The position numbers and the translations under genes are program-made. This document shows, piece after piece, positions 16,782-26,240 of a stretch of 64,000 nucleotides of DNA (position 1 is the first letter of the stretch; the number at the start of each line of letters is the position of its first letter). Source of the stretch: an uncultured Acetatifactor sp. (GTDB lineage: Bacteria > Bacillota > Clostridia > Lachnospirales > Lachnospiraceae); the NCBI GenBank assembly GCA_910585425.1, contig CAJUCP010000015.1:39307-103306 (forward strand). Direction: 5' to 3'. The notes under the pieces are model-generated. The model saw only the letters and a program-made list of their open reading frames with translations. It made no database searches and was not told where the DNA came from.

Positions 16782-17720
16782 GTGAAGCGAGACAAAGTAA
16801 GGCGCAGAAAGCTGATGCTGATCATAAGGCGGGACTGGCAGTTGTACCTGTTTTTGCTGCTGCCGTTGGCTTATATTGTTATCTTTAAGTATGTCCCTAT
16901 GCTGGGGCTGCAGATCGCTTTCCGGGACTATACCCCGAAGGGCGGAATCTGGGGAAGCGAATGGGTGGGATTGGACAATGTCATCAAATTCATGGAATCC
17001 TATCAGTTCGGGAGGGTCGTGAGGAATACTTTTCTGCTCTCTGTATATGGATTGACCCTGAATACGGTGATTCCCATTGCGTTTGCGCTGATATACAATT
17101 GTATTGAACTTCCGCGTTTCAAAAAGGTTTCCCAGACCATCGTGACCCTGCCCCATTTTATTTCCGTTGTCGTCCTGGTGGGCATCATGATGCAGCTTCT
17201 GAACAGCAGGACCGGCATCTATGGGATTCTATATGAAAAAATCACAGGCCAGTACCCGGGCGATCTGTTCGGGAACCCTGATGCCTTCCGCCATCTGTAT
17301 GTGTGGAGCAGCGTCTGGCAGGGATTTGGCTGGAACGCCATCATCTATATCGCGACTCTGTCAGGTGTGGACATGGGGCTTCATGAGGCGGCCCAGTTGG
17401 ACGGCGCCTCCAGGCTGCAGCGGATATGGCATGTGGACCTGCCCCATCTGAAGCCTACCATTGTCATACTGCTCATTATGAATGTGGGGCGCATCATGTC
17501 GGTCGGCTTCGAAAAGGCGTTTCTGATGCAGAACACCCTGAACCTGCAATATTCCGAATTGATATCCACATATGTATACCGTGTAGGCCTGGCTGCATCC
17601 TATGGAAGCAACTTCTCTTATGCTGCTGCTGTCGATATGTTCAACTCTGCTTTGAACCTGATTCTTGTCCTGTGTGCGAACACGGTCTCGAAACGGGTAT
17701 CGGAGACGAGCCTGTGGTAA
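16782..17720 (+). CDS. Carbohydrate ABC transporter permease (LplB-like)
   Basis: GTG start 7 nt after AGGAGG. It is multi-TM. EAA-loop region EAAQLDGASRLQRIWHVDLP. Confidence 0.9.
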   Translation: MKRDKVRRRKLMLIIRRDWQLYLFLLLPLAYIVIFKYVPMLGLQIAFRDYTPKGGIWGSEWVGLDNVIKFMESYQFGRVVRNTFLLSVYGLTLNTVIPIAFALIYNCIELPRFKKVSQTIVTLPHFISVVVLVGIMMQLLNSRTGIYGILYEKITGQYPGDLFGNPDAFRHLYVWSSVWQGFGWNAIIYIATLSGVDMGLHEAAQLDGASRLQRIWHVDLPHLKPTIVILLIMNVGRIMSVGFEKAFLMQNTLNLQYSELISTYVYRVGLAASYGSNFSYAAAVDMFNSALNLILVLCANTVSKRVSETSLW

Positions 17721-17731
17721 GGGGGGAGAAA

Positions 17732-18643
17732 ATGCGGAAAAACAAAGTTTTGGCCAAACGCTCCCATAAGTACATGGGGGACAGGGTGTTCCACGCGGTG
17801 TCGGTATGCATTGTGGCAGCGCTGACCCTTATCGTGTTCCTGCCTTTGCTGAATGTGGTGTCGTCCTCCCTCTCCTCGTCTTCGGCCATCAACGCGGGAA
17901 AAGTATTGCTGTGGCCGGTGGAGTTCACGCTTGAAAATTACGGGACGATCCTGAAGTACAAATCGGTATGGATTGGCTACCGGAATACGGTTTTCTATAC
18001 GGTCTTTGGCACTTTCATCAATGTAGCCATGACGATGTTCTGCGCGTACCCGCTGTCCCAGAGGAGGTTTTCCGGCAGAAAGGCGGTCAATCTGCTGTTG
18101 TTCTTTACCATGATTTTCAGCGGGGGGATGATTCCTGCCTATATCCTGGTCAGGGATCTGCATCTGATGAACAAGATTTGGGCAATTCTGCTGCCCGGTG
18201 CCATGAGCGTATATAATGTCATGATCACGCGCAACTTCATTGAATCCACGATTCCTGACGAGCTGGAAGATGCGGCCCGCATAGACGGCTGTTCTCCCGC
18301 CAAATATTTCCTTTATTTCATCATGCCGCTGTCAAAGACGATCATAGCGGTGATCGCCATGTATTATGCGGTTGACCATTGGAATAATTACTTTAGCGCG
18401 TTCATGTATCTGACGGACAGAAATCTGTATCCATTGCAGCTGTTTCTGCGCGATATCCTGATCAACAGCACCTTTGATTCCAGCGTGGTGTCGGATCCGG
18501 AGACGGCCAGGGCGGTGCAGGGGCTGGCGCAGACGCTGAAATATGTCGTGATCGTTGTTTCCACGCTGCCGCTGATGTGTATTTATCCCTTTGTGCAGAA
18601 GTATTTTGTGAAGGGTGTCATGATTGGATCGGTAAAAGGGTAA
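17732..18643 (+). CDS. Carbohydrate ABC transporter permease (LplC-like)
   Basis: ATG at 17732 follows GGGGGGAGAA, 12 nt after the upstream stop. EAA-loop DAARIDGCSPAKYFLYFIMP. The longer ORF-track start at 17426 lies inside the previous gene. Confidence 0.9.
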   Translation: MRKNKVLAKRSHKYMGDRVFHAVSVCIVAALTLIVFLPLLNVVSSSLSSSSAINAGKVLLWPVEFTLENYGTILKYKSVWIGYRNTVFYTVFGTFINVAMTMFCAYPLSQRRFSGRKAVNLLLFFTMIFSGGMIPAYILVRDLHLMNKIWAILLPGAMSVYNVMITRNFIESTIPDELEDAARIDGCSPAKYFLYFIMPLSKTIIAVIAMYYAVDHWNNYFSAFMYLTDRNLYPLQLFLRDILINSTFDSSVVSDPETARAVQGLAQTLKYVVIVVSTLPLMCIYPFVQKYFVKGVMIGSVKG

Positions 18644-18668
18644 CCCGGATAAGGAGAGGAGATAAGGC

Positions 18669-20081
18669 ATGGAACGTTTGACGAAAATTGGTAAGATCGC
18701 ACATAAAAAATCGGTTGAGATTCGGCATTCTAAAATAGGGCTCGGCTTTGAGAAGCTGGACCGGAATGTCTTTGAACCTGACAAGGCGTATCCCTTTGTG
18801 GCGGAATCCGGTGTGAAATGGGCCCGCCTGCAGTCCGGATGGCAACGGACGGAAGTGGAGAAGGGGGTATACGATTTTCGCTGGCTGGACGATATCGTGG
18901 ACCATATGCTGGCAGCGGGCGTAGAGCCCTGGATATGCCTGTGCTACGGGAATCAGCTCTATACAGAGCGGGCGAAGGAGGAATTTGGCGCAGTGGGATG
19001 TCCTCCTGTCGGTTCCGAGGAGGAGAGAAGGGCGTGGAGCAATTATGTGAAAGAGACGGCAGCCCATTTTAAGGGGCGGGTCCATTATTATGAGGTCTGG
19101 AATGAGCCGGACGGAAAGTGGTGCTGGAAACATGGACCGAACCCGGTGGAACTGGGCGAATTCACTGTGGCGACTGTGCGGGCATGTAAAGAGGCCGATC
19201 CCGATTGCGAGGTCATCGGCTTTGCCACCTGCTGCGTGGATGAGACGGATTTCCTGGAAGCGCTGTGCGAAACGGGCGTGTGCAGGGAGCTGGACGGGAT
19301 TTCCTATCACTGCTACCAGGTGGCGGACAGAGATTTCATAAGGATATATGATATTTATGACGGTATCCGGCAAAAGTACAATCCGTCCCTGAAGATATTT
19401 CAGGGAGAGAGCGGCACGCAGTCCCGTTCGGATGGCTGCGGGGCCCTGCGGGGCGGTGCGTGGACGCCCGTCAAGCAGGCAAAGTTCCTGCTGCGCCACC
19501 TGATTGTAGACATTGCCTGCGGCGTGGAACTGACATCCTATTTTTCCTGTATGGACATGATTGAAGCGCTCAATGGCAAGGTGGGCGATGTGGGGTCCTA
19601 TCTGGACTACGGCTATTTCGGCGTAGTGGGGGCAGATTTTGACGAAACAGGGAGAAGTACCGGCGAGTACACGCCCAAGCTTTCTTTTGGGGCATTGCAG
19701 AACCTGACGAGCGTATTCTGCAATGACTACAGCATGGCTAAATTGCCCATACAGGGCACCATCCTGCCGTCGCAGCGCCTGCTGGAGGAGGACTATGATT
19801 TCGGGAAGACGTTCCACTATGGTTTTTCCAAGCCCAATGGCTCTTTCGGCCTATGCTACTGGGTGGACAGGAACATTCTGACGGAAACCTATGAGGGCAC
19901 GATATCCCTTCTGGTAAAGAAAGGTGCGCTGCCGGGGGATGTGCGAATTGCGGATCTGCTCACCGGCGATGTGTATGAGCTGCCAGAAGGGATGGTTCGG
20001 GAGGAGGATGAAGACGTGGTTTTAGTCAATCTTCCGGTCAAGGATTCTCCGCTGCTGCTGACCTTTGGAGATTTCCTCTGA
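18669..20081 (+). CDS. Glycoside hydrolase, clan GH-A TIM barrel (GH39/GH5-like)
   Basis: YYEVWNEPD acid/base motif typical of clan GH-A. A strong RBS is present and there is no signal peptide. Confidence 0.7.
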   Translation: MERLTKIGKIAHKKSVEIRHSKIGLGFEKLDRNVFEPDKAYPFVAESGVKWARLQSGWQRTEVEKGVYDFRWLDDIVDHMLAAGVEPWICLCYGNQLYTERAKEEFGAVGCPPVGSEEERRAWSNYVKETAAHFKGRVHYYEVWNEPDGKWCWKHGPNPVELGEFTVATVRACKEADPDCEVIGFATCCVDETDFLEALCETGVCRELDGISYHCYQVADRDFIRIYDIYDGIRQKYNPSLKIFQGESGTQSRSDGCGALRGGAWTPVKQAKFLLRHLIVDIACGVELTSYFSCMDMIEALNGKVGDVGSYLDYGYFGVVGADFDETGRSTGEYTPKLSFGALQNLTSVFCNDYSMAKLPIQGTILPSQRLLEEDYDFGKTFHYGFSKPNGSFGLCYWVDRNILTETYEGTISLLVKKGALPGDVRIADLLTGDVYELPEGMVREEDEDVVLVNLPVKDSPLLLTFGDFL

Positions 20082-20099
20082 TAGGGCGGGAAAGGGATT

Positions 20100-20186
20100 G
20101 CTGTCGTAAAACCAAACTTTCGGCAGAGTGCGGGACAGGAGGATATTGCCTCTGTACTGTGCGAAAAGAGACGGTTTTACGACAGC
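20100..20186. other. Long inverted repeat (14-bp arms) between convergent genes; possible U-tract-poor bidirectional terminator
   Basis: GCTGTCGTAAAACC at 20100-20113 pairs with GGTTTTACGACAGC at 20173-20186. Confidence 0.35.
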
Positions 20187-20237
20187 TATTTCGCTGTGTG
20201 CGGGAAACATGAATCAGGGGGCTTAAAAACGGATGGT

Positions 20238-21086
20238 TCAGCCTCCCAGGTTACGGAGGAACTGCCCTGCCTTTTCCTCCTGATATTCCCCACCATAGGA
20301 GCCGTCCGTCAGGCGTCCAAGCCCCTGGGAGGCGAACTCCGCCCAGCTCTCCGCCTCCCGGCGCACGAGGATGGGATAGAAGAACACGCCGTTCTTCCTG
20401 GCAGCGTCATAATCTCCCGGCGCGTCCCCGCACATGAGCACATGGTCCGGCGCGTAGCCTTTCTTTAAAAGCTCCCCGATGCAGAAGGCCTTTGAGCCCG
20501 CGTCCTGGGCCAGCACGATGTCCGTGTGCTCCAGAAGCCCGTACAGCTTCCACTCGTCCAGCACCGCGTCCGGGTTGGCGCTGGACACGATGGCCACGTC
20601 CGCATGCTGATGGGCATAGGCCAGGGCTTCCTGCACTCCCCGGAAGGGGCGCTTCTCGGACTCAGGCAATCCATTGATGGCTGCATTGACTGCCAGGCTC
20701 CAGCTTAATGCTTTTTTCAGGGCGATGCTCTCCGGATTCCGGCAGATAGCGCGCCTTAACGCGTCATTGGACAGCTCCGGGCTCTCCGCGGCCCACTGTA
20801 CCAGCGTATCCAGGTCTTCGAGTTCCGTATATTTTCCATGGATTTCCTGCAGGGCCATGGCCAGGCCCCGGAAGCGGTTTATGCCCCGGGTCATGGTGTA
20901 GAGATTGATCTCATTCCAGCGGGCCAGGATCTGGTCCTGCCATGTCTCCAGCCCCCACTCCGCCACCATGCAGGGGCCGAAGGCTTTGCTGTGCTTCACG
21001 TCCATGGTGTCCATGGCGCAGCCGTCGCTGTCCACGCACACCAGGAAATCCTTTTGTTTTTCATATTCCGTCATATTTTTAGCCAT
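20238..21086 (-). CDS. HAD-superfamily hydrolase
   Basis: Motif I CVDSDGCAMDT and a C-terminal GDAPGD motif. RBS AAAGGAGA. The starts at 21089 and 21116 look less likely. Confidence 0.7.
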   Translation of the reverse strand: MAKNMTEYEKQKDFLVCVDSDGCAMDTMDVKHSKAFGPCMVAEWGLETWQDQILARWNEINLYTMTRGINRFRGLAMALQEIHGKYTELEDLDTLVQWAAESPELSNDALRRAICRNPESIALKKALSWSLAVNAAINGLPESEKRPFRGVQEALAYAHQHADVAIVSSANPDAVLDEWKLYGLLEHTDIVLAQDAGSKAFCIGELLKKGYAPDHVLMCGDAPGDYDAARKNGVFFYPILVRREAESWAEFASQGLGRLTDGSYGGEYQEEKAGQFLRNLGG

Positions 21087-21106
21087 CATTTTCTCCTTTC
21101 TATTAC

Positions 21107-21158
21107 ACCGGTGCATGAATTCCCGGGTAAACAGTGCTTGATGTCCGCGTCAGGACGA
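21107..21158 (+). repeat. Copy 1 of a ~50-nt direct repeat (partner at 25790-25840)
   Basis: ACCGGTGCATGAATTCCCGGGTAAACAGTGCTTGATGTCCGCGTCAGGACGA aligns with ACCAGTGCATGAATTCCCGAGTAATCAGCGCCTGATGGCCGCGCAGGACAA. By hand alignment, 44 of 52 columns are identical, with one gap. Confidence 0.75.
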
Positions 21159-21299
21159 TTCTTTCCATTTTTCTTCCATCTTAAAGCAATTTGAATTAAA
21201 ATAAAAGAGAATATATTTTCTGACGAGTCGGGCATACTGGATGATGGTGAGGTCCGCAAGAAGAATATATGCAGGATGTGAATGTTCAGGAGGGATGAT

Positions 21300-23564
21300 A
21301 TGCGCAAGGTAATCGAGCTGAATGAGGGATGGAGGTTCATACGGGAGGACGCCGGGCTGCCCGCCGAGCTGCCAAGGGACTGGGAGAGGGTGAATCTGCC
21401 CCACACATGGAACGCTGTGGACGGCCATGACGGGAAGGGGGACTATTACCGGGGGAAATGCTGGTATGCCAAAAGCTTTGAGACGCCCAGGCAGCCGCTG
21501 GCCGGGGGAAGGGTGTACGTGGAGGTCCTGGCGGCGGGGCAGCAGGCCCATGTCTATGTGAACGGCAGGGAAGTCGCTTATCATGAGGGAGGATATTCGA
21601 TTTTCCGCGCAGATATTACCGATTCATGTAAGGGGACGGGGGAAAACCTCCTGGCGGTGGCCTGCAGCAATGAGGACAGGAGCGGCGTGTATCCCCAGGC
21701 GGCTGATTTCACGTTCTACGGCGGGCTGTACAGGGGCGTGAACCTGATCAGCGTGCCGTCGGCGCATTTTGACCTGGATTATTTCGGCGGCCTGGGGCTG
21801 CAGGTGACACCGAAGCCCTGTGAGGGCGGAGCGTCCTTTGAGATGGAATCCTGGGTGACAGGCGGGGACGGGGACTTCACCGTGGCGTATTCCGTGCTGG
21901 ATGCGGAGGGCAGGGAAGTGGCGTCCGCGGTGCGGCCTGTGGACAGCGCGAAGGTCACGGTCCATGTGCCGGATGCCGAGAGATGGGATATGGACAATCC
22001 GTATCTGTACACCGTGACTGCCACCCTACAGCGGCGGAATGAGGCTTACGATCAGGTGCGGGTGCGTGCGGGCGTGAGGAGCTTCTCCTGCGACCCGGAG
22101 AAGGGCTTTCGCATCAATGGCGCCTGGACGCCGCTGCGGGGCGTGAGCCGACACCAGGACTGGCTGTACAGGGGGAATGCCCTCACCAGAAAGGAACACT
22201 ACGAAGATGCACGGCTGATCAAGGAGCTGGGAGCCAATACCATCCGCCTGGCCCACTATCAGCACGCCCAGGATTTCTATGACGCCTGTGACGAGATGGG
22301 CTTTGCGGTATGGGCGGAGATCCCCTTTATCAGCATCATGAATCCGGATCCGGCTGCCCACCGGAACTGCATCAGCCAGATGAAGGAGCTGATCGTCCAG
22401 AATTACAACCATCCTTCCATCTGCTTCTGGGGCGTGTCCAATGAAATCCTCATCGGGGGCATCTCAGAGCGGCTGGTGGAGAACCACAGGGAACTGAACG
22501 CACTGTGCAGGGAGATGGATCCAAGCCGCCTGACCACGATCGCCCATGTGTCCATGACTCCTGTGGACAGCCCCATGCACGGCATCACGGACGTGGAGGG
22601 CTATAACCACTATTTCGGCTGGTACGGGGGAAAGATGGAGGACAATGGGCCATGCCTGGACGAGTTCCACAGGGCCCATCCGGAAATCTGCCTGGGCCTG
22701 TCGGAATACGGCTGCGAGGGCATCGTCACTTACCATGGCCCCAGCCCTGCCTGCAAGGACTACAGCGAGGAATACCAGGCCCTGTACCATGAGCATATGG
22801 CGAAGGTGCTGGAGGAAAGGCCCTGGATATGGGCCAGCCATGTGTGGAACATGTTCGATTTCGGCTGCGCGGCCCGCAATGAGGGCGGCGTGGCAGGCAG
22901 GAACAACAAGGGCCTTGTGACCATGGACCGGAAGACGAAGAAGGACAGCTACTATGTCTATCAGGCATACTGGAGCAAGGAGCCTATGATTCATCTCTGC
23001 GGCAGGCGCTATGCACAGAGGGCGGGGGAGGACACGGAGATCAAGGTCTATTCCAACCAGCCTTCCGTGACGCTGTACCTGAACGGAAAGCCTGTGGGAA
23101 TGAAGGAGGGCAGCAGGGTCTTTGTGTTCCGTGTCGCCCTGGAGGAAGGGTTCAATAGGATCACGGCAGCGGCAGGGGAGCTGAGGGACAGCATGACCCT
23201 GGAGAAGGTAGACGTGGAACCGTCTGTCTATGTACTGCCTGAAGTGAACGAGCGGGCGGAGGGCGTGGCCAACTGGTTCCGCCTGGCGGGAGACCTTGAC
23301 CTGAAAGCGCCTATGGAATTCCCGGAGGGGATGTATAGTGTCAGGGATACCATGGAGGATATCGCGAAATGCCCGGAGGCTATGGAGGCAGTGTCCACGG
23401 CCATGAAGCTGGCCACCAACATGACGATTGCCCCGGGCAAGGGGATGTGGGACATGGTGAAATCCATGAGCCCCGAGAAAATGTGCCGGATGGCGGGCTC
23501 CATGCTGCCGGACGGATTCTTGGAGAGCCTGAACGCCAAGCTGATTAAGATTGCCAGGGAGTGA
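21300..23564 (+). CDS. Glycoside hydrolase family 2 (beta-galactosidase/beta-glucuronidase type)
   Basis: N-terminal sugar-binding pattern (LNEGWRF, LPHTWN), TIM-barrel region NTIRLAHYQHAQDFYDACDEMGFAVWAEIPF, and WGVSNEI. AGGAGGG lies 5 nt before the ATG at 21300. Confidence 0.85.
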   Translation: MRKVIELNEGWRFIREDAGLPAELPRDWERVNLPHTWNAVDGHDGKGDYYRGKCWYAKSFETPRQPLAGGRVYVEVLAAGQQAHVYVNGREVAYHEGGYSIFRADITDSCKGTGENLLAVACSNEDRSGVYPQAADFTFYGGLYRGVNLISVPSAHFDLDYFGGLGLQVTPKPCEGGASFEMESWVTGGDGDFTVAYSVLDAEGREVASAVRPVDSAKVTVHVPDAERWDMDNPYLYTVTATLQRRNEAYDQVRVRAGVRSFSCDPEKGFRINGAWTPLRGVSRHQDWLYRGNALTRKEHYEDARLIKELGANTIRLAHYQHAQDFYDACDEMGFAVWAEIPFISIMNPDPAAHRNCISQMKELIVQNYNHPSICFWGVSNEILIGGISERLVENHRELNALCREMDPSRLTTIAHVSMTPVDSPMHGITDVEGYNHYFGWYGGKMEDNGPCLDEFHRAHPEICLGLSEYGCEGIVTYHGPSPACKDYSEEYQALYHEHMAKVLEERPWIWASHVWNMFDFGCAARNEGGVAGRNNKGLVTMDRKTKKDSYYVYQAYWSKEPMIHLCGRRYAQRAGEDTEIKVYSNQPSVTLYLNGKPVGMKEGSRVFVFRVALEEGFNRITAAAGELRDSMTLEKVDVEPSVYVLPEVNERAEGVANWFRLAGDLDLKAPMEFPEGMYSVRDTMEDIAKCPEAMEAVSTAMKLATNMTIAPGKGMWDMVKSMSPEKMCRMAGSMLPDGFLESLNAKLIKIARE

Positions 23565-23900
23565 AGATAGGATTGGAGCCGGAATGCCGGGGGACTAGGG
23601 AGTCAGGGAGTGGAGCTCATGCGGGTCCTGGCAACCGATTTGGCTGGGGCTGCCGGGAAATGGCAGGAAGTGAAGATTAGGAGCCGAAATGCCAGTTATC
23701 AGGGAGTGAAGATTAGGAGCCGAGCCGGAATACTGGACATTGGGAAGTGAAGATGGGAGAAGAGCCGAGAGGTTGGGCATCAGGAAGTGAAAATAGCAGC
23801 CGAGCCGGAATGCCAGGCATCAGAAAGTAAATATAAGAACAGAGCCGGAATGCCAGGGAATTCGGAAACCAGGGAGTGAAGTTCATGCGGACCTTGGGCC
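23557..23900 (+). repeat. Degenerate ~40-bp tandem array (about 8 units) in the GH2-GH3 spacer
   Basis: Units start with G(G/A)AAGTGAAGAT-like heads at about 23557, 23666, 23702, 23742, 23783, 23823 and 23872. Most carry GAGCCG(A)GCCGGAATGCCAG. The first unit contains the GH2 stop codon. Confidence 0.7.
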
Positions 23901-23977
23901 AGGCGGACGAACCGCTTCACGAAATAGACCGGAAGGCATCGCAGGAACCGGGACAACAGAGAGGAGAAGACAAAACT

Positions 23978-25753
23978 ATGGTAGATATGAAAGCCACCCC
24001 CTTTTACCTGTCCGATGAGGACTGTAAATGGGTGGAAGATACGATTGCAGGCATGAGCCTGGATGAAAAAATAGGACAGTTGTTCTTCAATATGGGCTCC
24101 AGCCGGGAGGAGGAATACCTGAAGATGACGGTGGACAAGTACCACATCGGCGGCGTCCGCTATAATCCCGCCACGGCATCGGAGGTCCGGGAGCAGAACC
24201 GCATCCTTCAGGAGAACAGCAGGATTCCCCTGATCATCGCCTGCAACACGGAGAACGGCGGGGACGGGGCCTGTACGGACGGCACTGTCATCGGCAACCA
24301 GACTAAGATAGGCGCTACCCGCAATGCGCAGTATGCCTACAACCTGGGCTATATGTCCAACAGAGAGGCCGCGGCGATCGGCTGCAACCTTTCCTTTGCC
24401 CCGGTCTGCGATATCCTCTACAACTGGGAGAATCCCGTCATCGGCCTGCGGACATACGGAAACGAAGCGGACAGGGTGGCGGAGATGGCCAGGGCCTATA
24501 TGGACGGGGCCCATGCCAATCCGGGATTCTGCTGCGCGGCCAAGCATTTCCCCGGGGACGGGCTGGATTTCCGGGACCAGCATGTGGCCAACAGCGTGAA
24601 TGATTTAAGCTGCGAGGAGTGGGACGCCACCTTCGGCAAGGTGTACCGGAACCTGATCGACAATGGACTGGAAGCCATCATGGCGGGACATATCATGCAG
24701 CCTGCCTATACCAGGCATTTCAATCCGGAGATTGAGGATGACGATATCATGCCCGCCACCCTTTCCCCTGAGCTGATTCAGGGGCTGCTGCGCGGGAAGC
24801 TGGGATTCAACGGCATGGTGCTCACGGATGCCTCCCACATGGTGGGCCTGACCTGCCGCATGAAGCGTGCGGACCTGATGCCAGCCGCCATTGCCGCGGG
24901 CGTGGATATGTTCCTGTTCTTCAACGACATGGACGAGGACTTTGAGGCCATGAAGCAGGGCTGCCTGGACGGCAGGATCACGGAGGAGCGCCTGAGCGAT
25001 GCCCTGCGCCGCATCCTGGCCCTGAAGGCCCGCATGGGTCTGCATAAGAAGGCGAAGACGGAGTTAGTCCCGACTAAGTCCCGGATGGCGGAGATTGTGG
25101 GCTGCGAGGAGCACAAGGCCATGCAGAGAGAGATATCCGACAGGTCCGTCACCCTCGTGAAATACAGGGACAAGGACGTGCTGCCCATGACGCCGGACAG
25201 GTATAGGAGAATCATGATCGTGTATGTGAAGGGGCTGGAGGCACCGGGGCTCGGGGCATTCATGTATGGGAACAAAGTATCCCCCGGGGAGTCGCTTCAA
25301 TCCAAGCTGGAGGCGAAGGGCTTCGAGGTGTCCATCTATGAGAGCCCTGTCCAGAAGATGATGAAGGAGGCGGCGGCCGGGGCAAAACCGGACATCAATC
25401 TGTATTTTGCCGGCAAGGATACGATCCGTGACTTTGTGGCCAGGCAGGATCTGATCGTCACCCTGGTGGACATCGCGGGAGGGTTCCAGCCGGTGGCAAG
25501 GCCTTCCTTCGGCATGACCAAGGGCGGCGGGGAGATTCCCTGGTATGTCCATGAGCTTCCGGTGATCGTCATCGGGACCAGGCAGCCCTTCGTGCTGGCG
25601 GACATCCCACAGGCCCGGACTTATATCAACACCTACGACAGCCTGGACAGCACCTTTGACGCGCTGGTGGAGAAGCTGATGACGGGAGCGGAGGCTTTCG
25701 TGGGCCAGGACCCGGTGGATTCCTTTTGCGGGATGTGGGATACCAGGCTATAA
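23978..25753 (+). CDS. Glycoside hydrolase family 3
   Basis: SLDEKIGQLF near the N-terminus, KHFPGDG, and GFNGMVLTDA motifs. ATG at 23978 follows AGAGGAGAAGA. The ORF-track start at 23876 lies inside the repeat array. Confidence 0.85.
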   Translation: MVDMKATPFYLSDEDCKWVEDTIAGMSLDEKIGQLFFNMGSSREEEYLKMTVDKYHIGGVRYNPATASEVREQNRILQENSRIPLIIACNTENGGDGACTDGTVIGNQTKIGATRNAQYAYNLGYMSNREAAAIGCNLSFAPVCDILYNWENPVIGLRTYGNEADRVAEMARAYMDGAHANPGFCCAAKHFPGDGLDFRDQHVANSVNDLSCEEWDATFGKVYRNLIDNGLEAIMAGHIMQPAYTRHFNPEIEDDDIMPATLSPELIQGLLRGKLGFNGMVLTDASHMVGLTCRMKRADLMPAAIAAGVDMFLFFNDMDEDFEAMKQGCLDGRITEERLSDALRRILALKARMGLHKKAKTELVPTKSRMAEIVGCEEHKAMQREISDRSVTLVKYRDKDVLPMTPDRYRRIMIVYVKGLEAPGLGAFMYGNKVSPGESLQSKLEAKGFEVSIYESPVQKMMKEAAAGAKPDINLYFAGKDTIRDFVARQDLIVTLVDIAGGFQPVARPSFGMTKGGGEIPWYVHELPVIVIGTRQPFVLADIPQARTYINTYDSLDSTFDALVEKLMTGAEAFVGQDPVDSFCGMWDTRL

Positions 25754-25789
25754 GCGCGCAAAGATTTTCTGATGCGAAAGCGCCTGGTA

Positions 25790-25840
25790 TACCAGTGCAT
25801 GAATTCCCGAGTAATCAGCGCCTGATGGCCGCGCAGGACA
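25790..25840 (+). repeat. Copy 2 of the ~50-nt direct repeat (partner at 21107-21158)
   Basis: See copy 1. It is preceded by the 12-bp palindrome CTGGTATACCAG. Confidence 0.75.
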
Positions 25841-26146
25841 AGGCGGAGGAAGGAGGCGATGCGGGGGCATCATCGACTGACGACAGGGTGGACAGCGAGT
25901 GCTGATTGTTCAAGGATTCATGCACTGGGGTGCTCGTCCAATGCGCCAAAGCATCGGATTCTTGAAAATCCGGCACCATGCTCATTTGGGCGGACATATG
26001 CCTGCTTTTGACATCCGTCCGGATTCGCTGTGGTTCGGGAATCGGATGTGCCCATTCTGATTGGGGTTGACGATGATTTGCAGGATGGGGCGGTTCGGAC
26101 AGATGCCTCGGCGTGGGTAAGCTGGTAAAATTTGGGCATAATGCAG

Positions 26147-26175
26147 TTGCAAAAGTTGGAAGATAGGTTTAAAAT
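26147..26175 (+). promoter_or_regulatory. Sigma-A type promoter of uxuA-uxuB
   Basis: TTGCAA (26147-26152), a 17-nt spacer, then TAAAAT (26170-26175). Confidence 0.5.
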
Positions 26176-26179
26176 AGGG

Positions 26180-26197
26180 ATTGTAAGCGCTTACAAT
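26180..26197. promoter_or_regulatory. Perfect 18-bp palindrome matching the cre / LacI-family operator consensus
   Basis: ATTGTAAGCGCTTACAAT. Its core TGTAAGCGCTTACA fits the TGWAANCGNTNWCA cre consensus exactly. It lies immediately downstream of the -10 box. Confidence 0.7.
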
Positions 26198-26240
26198 GCG
26201 CTGTTCTCAAAATCGAGGAAGACAGGAGGGGTATCATTAT

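Noticed and set aside
23557-23900. The tandem array considered as a CRISPR array.
   Set aside because: The units are contiguous and degenerate, with no alternation of conserved repeats and unique spacers. No cas genes or leader are present.
25815-26139. Two small minus-strand ORFs (60 and 73 aa) in the GH3-uxuA spacer.
   Set aside because: They have no RBS or recognisable motifs, and they overlap each other in different frames.
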